Below are positions 13,701 to 25,700 of a stretch of 64,000 bases of DNA, in pieces. Position 1 is the first letter of the stretch. Each line of letters begins with the position of its first letter. The stretch covers positions 1,736,001 to 1,800,000 of the forward strand of contig NC_134036.1 in assembly GCF_964204645.1 (NCBI RefSeq), given 5' to 3'. Made by a program: the position numbers and the translations under genes. Source of the stretch: Tubulanus polymorphus (taxonomy: Eukaryota > Animalia > Nemertea). Below the pieces are notes generated by a model that saw only the letters and a list, made by a program, of their open reading frames with translations, was not told the origin of the DNA and searched no databases.

Positions 13701-16700
13701 AAAAGAGCATGCAACAACAAGCCACCATACGTTTTTTTTACGAGAAAACACACGACCATAGTTTAATACCGAGTGCTGTACATAGGGTGCGCTAGTGAGA
13801 CGGGTTTAAAATGATTGTTGCTGTTGTTTCACGTTAAAGTTAAAGGATTTTGTCGCCTTTGATTTTGTGATAAGTGATAACTCGAGTGATACGGTGAAAG
13901 TCTGCGGGGATACGTACTCAAAAGGTGACGAGAGTGATTTGAGTTTTAGCAGTGCTTTGAATGTGAATTGAAATTTACTAGTCAATCTTGTGATCACCAG
14001 ATGGTGCTCCATCAGCTGGAAGACTATCAGACCTATTCTTAGTGTACGAAAGAGGTTTATTGCGGCAGGAATGCCACGACGAATACTACTTCATCTTCCT
14101 CCAAGATATTGCTTAGTTCTTATTTTTTTTCCAAAATGAAGTCATCCTGAATTTCAACCACATACGTTTCAACGTTTTGCTCCGGTTTTTCGACGACTAA
14201 AATGCGTTAAAGGTAGTTGGAAGATGTGGCTATAGCCGAGTATGCCATCACCATATTTCGGAATGTCTATAGTGCTATCTTCTAGCTTAGTTACAATGAT
14301 TCTAGTTTTGATATTTAATGGATGTTTTGGAAGACTTGGCTGATCTGGAGGTTTTAGCAACTTGCACGTAGAGCATAGCGATTCTATCACTAGTGCCTTG
14401 CCTTCGTTTGGTATCAGTTTAGAAACAAAATGGCCGACTTAACTTTTTGAATGTTTTGTAAGTTGGTAATTATGGAAGAAGCAAAAGGGCGATTCTCTGA
14501 ACTTTTGTGTTTTTTTTCATTTGGTATCGGTTGCGCCAAGGAGGCGCTGAAGGGAACCTCCTCGATCTGATGGACTTACCGGCTAAAGACCTCTTTCAAT
14601 TCGGCTTCAGTGCAGTTAGGGCCGATATTGGCCACAAATAAAGTTGAGCACGGTGCAGTGAGAGGGGAGGTGCTTGTTGACACTGTGCTGGGAGGCGTGC
14701 TACAGTTTGCCCCGCCCACGCTGACTCCTCCCACACTAGCTCCGCCCACACTTACTGGACTGCCCAGCATCGGGCTGGCCGCCAGCTGCGGGTGCGGGTT
14801 CGGAATGGCGGAGGCGTGGTGAGATGTTGGCGCTACGACGGCACCGGGATGGTGCGCCATGGCGAGAGGTGTGTGTACCTACAAAGACACAACGATTATT
14901 GATATCAAGAAAAAAAGAAATACAAGCGAGCGGCGGCGACAACGCCATCTACTGGCAGGATTATGAATAAGCGAAGATTTTACTGAATATAAAAACGCGT
15001 GTGTAATAAAAACGGTTGTTGTAGGTGCAAAGAGTCGAGACGACGACGTTACCGACCGAGGAATGCCAGAACATCGGCAATAACGAGTTTACTTCAAATG
15101 ATGATGTTCAGATCATAGATGCCTCTAGGTGTTGGATGCTGAGGAACTTAATGATTTTCATTTTTTAGAGAGGACATCTTCAGATGATGAAGGCCGAAGG
15201 ACTGATTCCAATCCAATGGTTTGTATTTTTTGTAAAAAGATGCCTCTAGATAATGGAGGCTGAGGAAGTAATTTCTTAAATGATTTTATTGTTTAAGAGA
15301 GGACACCTAGAGACGATGAAGTCTGGGGAACTAAACGATTTTTAGTTTTAGAGAGGACACCTTCAGATGATGAAGGCCGAAGGACTGATTCCAATCCAAT
15401 GATTTTCATATTTTTCAAAAAGATGCCTCTAGATGATGGAGGCTGAGGAAATAATTTCTGATTTTAATCAGAAGGACAGCTAGAGATGACGAAGGCTGGG
15501 GAACTTATTGCAATCAGATCATCTGCACGTTTTGAAGATGATGCTTCTAGATAATGGGACGAAATATGGTTTAGTGGTTTTAAAAGTTTAAAGAGATAGC
15601 TCTTGGAGGCTAAGGGAATAATTTGGATCTAAGGATCTTCATGTTTTTAAGCGGGCATGTTCCAACGAAGGCTTTGAACTCAATCAGATGATTACCCACG
15701 TTTAATGTCAATGTCAGTGAATTTCAAGGCCGGTTCAAGGCCGACGACTCGAAACATCGTTTAATGTTACAAGCCAAACACCTGACGCTAAATTAATGAA
15801 GCCGATGTTACGGGCTCGTTGCAGTGCACCAAAATATCATATTACATCACCGTACTCAAATACAATACGTTCGTTTACAATGGAAAATATCGATGAAACA
15901 CTCCCAGTCCGTGTCCGTGTTTTAACGATACAATAATACCCCACAACAAGAAAAAAAAAACAACCTGATTGCTGAAGATGACGATTTGGATAAAGTCGAA
16001 ATGAATAATCAATTCAAGGCATAATTTCGGACACCCCCTTCTTCTCAGAGTGAGATTTTATATCTTATCATTACAATATAAAACATTGTAAACTCAGTAT
16101 TTTCATGAATACAATAGGACACAATGTGTTGATGACAACAATATTCTTTTTACAATGTAAGTTAACACATTGTACAGGTTTTAGAGAAATATATATACAG
16201 TAAATAGCTGATAACGACATGCTTATTTTCTCCAATAGCTTCTAAAAATTGAATTTGACTCTTAACCAGAAATGATCATGAAACATGAAACATGAAACAT
16301 TCTTAAAAACAATGATTTTTTCTTTGTACAGTTCTGGAATCCAGATATTGACATAACCATTAACTTATATTAATATTGTTTGCTCTATCCCAAAGTAAAC
16401 CCTGGCAAGTGATTGTGTATAAATTAAACATTCCGATAACGAAAGTGGAAGAATGGCATCTTTCATTGACGTCATAGGGTGATCAATCGCCGTGTCGACG
16501 GTGGTGAGGTGGACGAAAAGAAATACGAAAGTATGAACTTAAAATTGAAAAGAAAATTTCAGAAAACTGAACATGAACCGTTGAATAAATAAATTATCCA
16601 TATTTTGGTTGAAAACCAACGTAATAAAATATATCTGAATTGTATTGCGTGAAATTGACAACAATTATAAGGTGATGGTAAAAAGTGATTGTTAAAATTG

Positions 16701-19700
16701 TATCCAAAAACTGAGATTCGACGGAGGGAAATTTAGAGAATTTACGAAAATTATCAATGCTGCGTTCATCATTATCATTAAATGAGATCACAGCGTGAGG
16801 GTCTAAAAGGAATTTGAGAAACAAAATTTCGTTGTCGTTGGTCAGTTTTTGAATGTGCCCAGTTAGAGTATGGATCGATGTTTTCTTGAGATATTTGGCA
16901 GACAATGTTATTCAGAGTTAACGACGAAGATTTAATCGTTATCTCTGAATAACATTAACTGGCCTTGATTAATCACAAAATGTCATCATTAAAAAAAATG
17001 ATCCATACAAAACATAATAGGTTGTGGTTAGAAACTACGGTGCAGAACGTTGGACATAAATATAAAATATGTTGTTAATAATCATAATAATAATAATGAT
17101 CATAATAATCATTATTATTATCATCGTGATAGTATTTGAGATAAAATGAAATAATCTCGATAATTATCGACCAGAAAATCGATAATATTCAAATTGACAT
17201 AGAAAATATCATCAATTAATCATCAAGGATAATAATTGATGATATTTATAAATATATATATAATATATATTTATATATTTAACATATGAGTATAAAAACA
17301 TCAATGTACCTGTGATAGACTGTTGCTAGGGTGCCACACCTATCAACGGAAAACAAGTTGTCATAGCAACAGTGTTAAAAGAGCGCAACACAATAACGGC
17401 ATGAACGATTTGTAAAAAAGAAATCAATAAAAAACGTAATGAAAAAATTCGTCGGAAGGTGGCGCTGTAGGTGGGTGCGATGACACGTGGTCTCCATGGC
17501 GACGGGTGTTCATTGTTGTTGTTGTTGTTATTAGTAATAAGGAAGAGGTGAGGAGAGCCCGAATAATCGTGATACTTGTGTGATTGGATGATGTTAGGTG
17601 AATTTAATCGACAGTGATTCGTACTTGCGGTGACCAAAAATGGTTGATTAAAGGATAATCCGCACTAATCCATCCCTTAATCCCTCATACAGTTACCAAA
17701 CAGTTCCCATAATCGCAAAAAAACAACGGGTCATCATCATACTGACCACGACTTTTATTCCACTGAACGGAGCAAAAGGCAGGGGACGACTGATTTATCA
17801 ATATCGACTATAGAGGGCGTTGTATATCGAAATGACGACGAGCCACAAAAACAAAAGCTGAGCAGCTTAATAATTATAAGGATACACGCGTGGCATTGAA
17901 TGGGAGGAGTATAAAAAAGAAGACAAAACAATTTAGGAATAATATCGCCATCTCTGTGTCATAACAAAGACCATAATAAAACCATAATTTTTTTGAAATA
18001 ACAAATATTCGGTTGTCAAATGCTTGGCTTATGTTGAATTTCCATTATCAAACTAACATAGGTCTAGGCTATTGAAAGAATACCAAAATCGGGCCTAGTA
18101 GGTTTTTGAACTATGGACAAGGTTTATATTGTAATTATTTGCGACAGTACAGGGCAGCAAGAATGTAATATTTCTCAACAGATTAGTCTAGGAATCACGT
18201 CAACAAAATAATTAAACACACTTTGGACGAAATAAAGCGCAAGAACTTTCTGGGTTAAAGGTGTATATATGATAATATTCGTAGCGAACGAAAAATACTC
18301 TACGAGAATATCATAAAACTCAATATGAATGACTGACACTCAAGCAATACGATAACGAGGAGATAAAAAATGAGCATTGGCCAGATGATGATAAGCGGTT
18401 ATCATTGCGAAAAAGGTTTCATAAATGCCACCGCTGAAATTGTAGGGAACCGTATATCTAAAAAAATGACTTAATTGGGGAAAAGGTTTCGTTCGTACGT
18501 ATTAGAAACAAACAAATGAATAAAAAGTGCATTTTCACAATGCATTTTCAAATGAAAACGAAAGCCTTTCGATTCGTTATGAGATTCTAAATCAGGCAAC
18601 CGAAACCTTTTTCGACTTTTAACGATAGGGCGCTTTACAGGGCTGATATGTCTTAGCAAGTGATCCAGCAGGATTTAATATAACGAATGAACTTTCCTAG
18701 ACTTTGATATAGCGACATTCGGTAAAGTCTATTGTTGCGATGAATCAGTGACGTTATCGTCACCATCTAAAAAGCGGCAATGATACGACTTATGGAATGA
18801 ATTTCGAAAAATCTGACATTGACCAACCAACCAAGACGACTACTTTTGAGGAATTAGAACAAAGAAACGACACGCCCAGTCGAGACAGAAAATAAAGGCT
18901 ACTACGTACTTATAAACATGCAACACTGCATAAACTGGGCGTGTCTCTTTCCGTTTATGCAAATGAGTTTATGATTGACGTATCAATATTATCTTACATT
19001 CATATTGGATATATTGGCCATGCCCTTCTTGTCTATAGTGGGCCATGCTGCTGAACCGTCCGCTAACATGAACTGAAATTATACCAAAGAACACCAAAAC
19101 AATGATGAGGATATTGAAAAATGAGGTGAATGTGAATTAGGCTTGCTTGGCCTTGGACGAGCAACCTTCACAAGTGATCGTACACTTGACCTCGCTTAAG
19201 CCGTCTGATCTATCGTTCAATGTTGATGAGTTATCATCCAAATACAGATTACTTCGATAATGTGACGATTTATCAAAATGACGACATACGCTTAGTAAAT
19301 TGAATACAGAGATGACTTCAGCGATGTAATGACTCAAGCGAGGACAATTGTAGCACATATAGCATAACGCCCGTTCTGTTGTTTAAGTTATCAGAAGTTT
19401 CTTCTTATTTTCTTATAAGGCCTAATTAGCTATATAGTGTATATATTGCTATCTTGCTATCTTGACAACATTTACAACTCTCTTGACAAATATCAACTTG
19501 ACTTCTGATAACTTAAAATGTTGCGCCCAGTTCCACAACACATATAATTTGACATAGGGAATGAGGGATGAACAGATTTCAGAGATTCGTGTTGTGGAAT
19601 TGGGTCGCAGGTGATACATCTCAACAAAAGCAATTTAAAGAACAAGCTACAAGCATTAGTCTTTAGGCTCGCTGTGTACGATTTCAACTTCAAATGAACA

Positions 19701-22700
19701 CACGATCAAAGGTTTTTTTAGTTACTCTAAAAGAATTAAGTTATAGGCTAAGAATATCATCTAAGGTATGTAAGAGTGCCCAAGAATAGGACTTCAGTCG
19801 TGCTTAATGTATACTACGTAACTATTGGTAAGGCTTAAAGAAACATATACACTCTTGCCATGGATGGAAATAATCAATGATGGAATGGTCTACATCCATA
19901 TCCCAATCCCAATAAATTGAATGGCTATTTTCCTTAAATGTTCCCTTTTACTTGAAAGCTTGAAGCCCCACCACAATAATTTGCTAAGGTGTTCGTTCTT
20001 GTACATGCAGCGAGTGCCAACTAATACGTTGAAATGAATGATCGTACACTGAACAGAGACAGAGAAGTCAAAAGAAGATCAAGATCTCTTTTCGTTCGAG
20101 CTCGACCGCGATGAACCAAATGTGCATAAGCATGAATGGTGTGAAGTACGTATCTTCAACAGCCCAGAAAGTTCAGCACTTTTCGAGGAACACGGGCCGT
20201 GTGTTCAGCTTCTTTCAAGAAGCATAAGGGATAGAAAGAAAACCATAAACTTGGGGGCCATGTGTTCATTTCTTGTAACCACGAGTATAAGCATGGATTA
20301 TGGATGCCTCCCAGAACAAGTGATGTTTGTGTCTCGAGTCTGGTAACGATGACCAACCCAGAACAGCTGCCTCCCAGGGACTATGGACACCTAAACACTG
20401 AAGACAGTAGATTGTCCAGGTTTCATTACTTCAGATATCGATAACGCGAATAATAACTAATAATGGGAAAAGAGATAATAAAAAAGATAACGTTGTGTCA
20501 GTGATAACTTACCCTCATTGTCGGTACCTGTGTTAATGCAGGATGCTGTATTAAAGCTGGATGGTGTAATGTGGCAGGAGATAAATCTGCATATGCTGCT
20601 AACGCCGGATGATGCGCCCAGGCTTCTGGTGTACCGGGGAAAAATGCCGCGCCAAGATCTTCTACAATACAGAGACAATAGAACAGGGTATAATCAAGGT
20701 TACAATGTCTCCTCTTCAGCGCCACCTAACACCTTAAACATAAACAACTATTGCTATTGACCATTGCTGTTTTGGGAGGTTTGTAAAGCTGGGATGTTTT
20801 TTATTGCAGCCATTTCCAGTTTGAGTGTGTAGGTGTTTTTGTGGATGTGTGCGTATACAAAGTGCTTGAGTACCTCGATAAGAGGAACCAACAAAACTAC
20901 GAATTACGCCCTATCATTTGTAACTTCACCAGTTGAGTATGAAAGATGTTTCGTACGAAAGATTTCTTTTCTACGTAGAGAAAGACAGATGACCGAGCAT
21001 TGCGGATGTCTTGCAAGTATTTCTTGCCAGTGGAAAAATAGAGGGAATACAGAAGCCACCGAGAAAGGATTTGAACGAAGAAGAGCAAAGGAAAGAAAGG
21101 GGAAAAAGGATAAAAGCGAGATTCACAAAGACGAAAGGTTCCTGTTAAAGCTCCCTCTAAATCCAGTACTCGACGTCGATAAAAAAGTTACTGTTACTTA
21201 CTACTAACAATTCGGTTTAGATGTGAAAAAGCTTTTTGTGTAAATGTTGGTCAAAACGTCCTTTGTGGCTGTTTCAGTTTCTTTTAACGATTGCACAAGT
21301 TTCTTATTTACAGCATTTTCCAGATTCGGCAAGTAACGGAAAATTCAGGGAAAATTCAGCTTCCTAAACGCAGATCTCTGCGGTTATTTAAACCTAAAGG
21401 TCCGTTCCAACTTCAGATTTCGGGTATACGGTATTTTCGTGATAAATGCCCGTTATTTGAGGGATACCGATGGATTCATCACATCTTGTTTTTTTTGGTT
21501 CATAGTCTACTCTCCATCTTCCATCTTGTGAGCATAGCTGACATTTGCACGGTCAAGTGACCACCGAATGAGACGAATTGGTCCTCCAGTCTTTGGCGAA
21601 TGAGGTAATGCCTCCCCATTTGACTTTGATTACGCTTTCCAATGAATCTATGTAATCCCAATCTAAGTTAATTTCCATCACCCACCACCTTATAGAAAAA
21701 ACTGATCCATTCTTCATATTCAATAAATCAATTATATTTTCTTCCAATATAACTATGTACACATAAGTAAACAGACAAAAGTAGCCTACACAAATTGTGA
21801 TATGCCAAAGTGATCGAATAAATTGTCATGGATATAAACTACCACCGTTCATCATCTCACGTATCAGCAGTATTTGCCAAAGTATTTACAACGGTTTCTT
21901 GTCTTGCTAAAATTTGAAATAAAATTTTCCTACCATCCCCGAAAATTTTAGGTCTAAAAATTGTGGAAAAAAAACGCTCGGACGAAAGTCCGATCGTCCA
22001 AAAATAAATAAGGAAGTGGCCATAACTAAAAAGAGCATGCCCGACCAGCTCAACAGTAGGATCAGGCAAATAGGCAAAACTATGAAAAGAGGGTCCATAA
22101 CACACTGAATCTGTGAGAGACATAGTCTGTTATGGGCGTGAGTGTATGTGAGCTCAAAATTATGATTTGATAAGTGGCATCAGTCCCCGAACTCCAATAT
22201 TGAAGCTTCTTTTTCAAATCTCGATTTAGATCCCCAGAGAAAAGAAATGCAATATTGTAGCGACCTCTCGTTGCTCTAGAGAACGTGTGCGATTGTCATT
22301 GTTGTTTAAAATATTGTTCGTATTGTTGCAGTGTTGTTGCCGTGGGTGCGCACTGGTTGTTGTTGCCCAGTGTGTTGATTGTCGTGGTGTGCGCTAGTCT
22401 TTGCCACGGGTGACTGACGGTGTGCTTCAAGTGAATGGGTTATATTTTCGTTTGAGCCCGGTGTTCATCACGGCTGTGTTGGGAGCTCCCGCGTCCCAGA
22501 AACGTAACAGATCATCCCAGGTAACATCTGCGTGGATATAAACATCATAATCTGACATTGGATTTCGATTCAAGTTACTGAAACGGACAGGTATATTGTG
22601 CAGTGTACTGATACTGTCCTAGTCCAGGTATTTTGGATGGAATGGCACAGGAAAGGAACACTGCATAAGCCAGGTATGCCGTATCAACTATGCAAGATAC

Positions 22701-25700
22701 ATTTTCGGTATACTGTAATGCATTGAACCTTGACATATGTTGACAAGGCATTCGATGCCTTAATAATTACATTATTGATAGTATATTGTGTGCGGCTTGC
22801 TGATATTCATAATACAGAAAAACTGGTATTAGAAAAAGGTTTCTGGTACTGAAACAGCTTGAGATGGATCTTCAGATTAAACAAGGTCCGGACACCTACC
22901 TACCTTCCTTTCTCCTCCGGGAAACCGCAGTTGGGCTTTTCTTTTCGTTGGACCTGTTCAATAACTTTGTTCCAAGATCCATCCCTTTAACTATTTGCAC
23001 AAGTGGGACAGGGATAATTTTAACTGTGGCACGGGTAATCGATGGACAGTGAAGGGAAACAACAATCGGATTTTTCTCTTCGTTGGACCTGTTGCTTTCT
23101 AGAAATCCGAAATCTACGCTTCAACAAGTTCGATAACTTTGACGTTAAGCGGGACAGGGATAGCTTGGACGTGGTACACGTAATCGATGTTACTAACTCT
23201 CATGAATTGATGAATACTTACGGCCGGCTAATGGATGTGGAATTAAAGTTGGATGGGTAGCGGCTGGTTGTGGAGATTGTTGTTTCGGTTTCGTTACTTT
23301 GGTATTGCTCTTGGCGAATTCTAAACGTAACGTTTGTGGCAGGTCCGGGTCAAATCGAACGCCCTGAAAATATAAAAAGACACAAAAACATGAATTCCTG
23401 AAAAAACAAGTCAACATTGGATATGAAGAACAATCGAAGAAGAAACCCATCCTAAGAAGTAAAACTGTGATGTTGTTGATGATTTTGAAAATTAATCTGG
23501 CATTGATTGGTGCATTTGAGTCGTTTTAGTTTCTAATTCCAACTTTTTCAATTAGTCTGGCATCTTCATGGGATATTTTACGAAATATTTTGATTGAAAA
23601 TTTCCTCATCGTGTAAGGTCCAACATTTGACGTGGACAAGTCGTGATGACACCAACAAGAACAACCCAGCATTGAGTGGCATCTGATGAAGGCTTAGTAA
23701 CTACAAAGCAATATCTACATTGCTCAGGGCCCAATGTATGAAAAGCTTCAAGCTTAAAGTAGTCAAGTTTGAATATTTGCCCTCGTTGAAAACGATAGGT
23801 AATCAATAGCAACTGAATGAAAATATCTCAGTTTAACTTTTTCGTGAAACTGGACTCAGGAAAACTTGGGTAATCTCTACAGCTCTTCTTTCTTGCGGGT
23901 TTCACTAAGTGGTTGACACATGCCGCAGTGTAAATAGCAACAAGTAGGGATGAGTACTGAAGTGTTATTCGATTAGGATAACTGAGCTGAGATTGCCGAA
24001 ACTAATCTACCCAGTCGACACCTGCGTCCCGAGGCAAAATAATCAACTTGGTCGACCGTAGCGTTCTCGTTACCAGAGCGATAATTAACGTTCAGACGTT
24101 TTAACTTCATCAAAGGGAATATTGTCTAACCGTTAATAGTTCGTCGTCAGGCAACCGACTCCATTCTCAACGGGGTAATGAAAAAACCGAGCGCGGAAAT
24201 AGCGATAGAAATATATGGGGCCGACGACGAACGCGCGGAGAAGAAAATAGGATCGTACGTGACGTGTTAATCTGATTTGCATTTTAAAGAAGTTTCGACG
24301 TTTTCTGGGGAGCGCTTTATCATTAGAAACATTAGCTCTGTGGTATTCGATCCTGTGGGCGTCATCTTCAACATGCTTGTACTGTGAAATGTCTAATGTC
24401 TGGTGTTTGTGGTTCATGTTCAATTAAAAATGTCCCAAGTGAAGCACTGGATACGTTTAAAGTGCGGATGATCATAAATTTGAAGAATGGTTATGAATTA
24501 TCGAACTTCTGCGTTGGTCGGTCATTGCGACTGAAAAAGTGATGCGCCTTCTTCTTCTTATTGGCTTTTTGAATGCTGAACCTCCATCAGATTACTGACC
24601 CATGTAACACTACCCAGTTCTATGGCTTACCTGTAAATCTTGTTTGGCAGACTCAGCTGCTACACGTGAACTGAACGTCACGAACCCAACAGGCTGAAAT
24701 TGAGAAATAGATTTCGTTAAATTACATTCACAAAAAGAAATCATTTTCAGAATTATTTTCAAAACTTTTGTAATGATTATAAATTGAATAGTAGCGAGAA
24801 ATGAAGCCCCACCCCTTAAGAGATCTGTCAATCATCTTTTCTTCGAGTATTGATTTTAGATAAATTTGAATATTCAAAATAAGATTTAGTTTTTTAAAAT
24901 CTGAACTTCAGTAAGATATTAATAAGAAATTGCTGCCATCTGCCGAAGAATAATCGAACTACCAACTTGTCGTTATCTGGTTGTTGATTTCTATCGACAG
25001 ATGGCAGCACTAGTCGTTTCGTGAAGGAATTCAGTGATGTGACTGAGGTGAACAAATGACGCGTGAAGGAACGCACACGTTATCTTGGGTTCATTTATTT
25101 CGCTGCGAAGTCCATCAGATGGCTGACATTTTTGTTGGACCATCTTCTCTAAATTTTGGAGGGTATTCGAAATTCATGAAGTCAATTGGTGGTGAAATTC
25201 ACTAGCTTTTTACTTTTGGTTCTAAGATCGAACGTTCAAATTATTTCGATTATCGATAAGAATAAAATTGAAGGTAGTTTGGAAATTGGGAGGTATAGGT
25301 AACGCGGACAACTATTTCATCTGTGAAGTAAATTCGGGGAGCACGACGATAAAATTTAGCGAAAGAAGCGGAAATTACATTTATTTGAAAAAAAAAATAT
25401 ATATATATATATACTGCTATATTGAAAATGTGTGGGAAAACCATGCACAACACAAACACATACGTCACACGTAAGCATGCAATTGAGGAAACAATGGATT
25501 TTAATACTACCCGTTCACTGCGGACTGCACTTAATCTCGACATTAATAACTTACTTAAAAACTCAATCAGCATTCCAGATTAAAATCAATTTTGATTAAT
25601 TCAGTTTTTTTTCTATAGTCGAGATTATGATAGAGTCAATGGCTTTTCCGACTCCAGCATATATCTGGCTTGTTGACAACACAATGATGGTTTATTTTGA

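Noticed and set aside
14576-14860. Stand-alone ORFs from the track that overlap cpo exons (also 11616-11885, 12107-12448, 20498-20725, 23193-23450, 24610-24831, 27489-27725, 63436-63675)
   Set aside because: These are single exons read into flanking intron, not separate genes.
18415-18470. Possible extra terminal exon (TTTTTTTAG then [12 protein letters not shown])
   Set aside because: Short tract and short peptide with no independent support; such acceptor-like strings are common in AT-rich introns.
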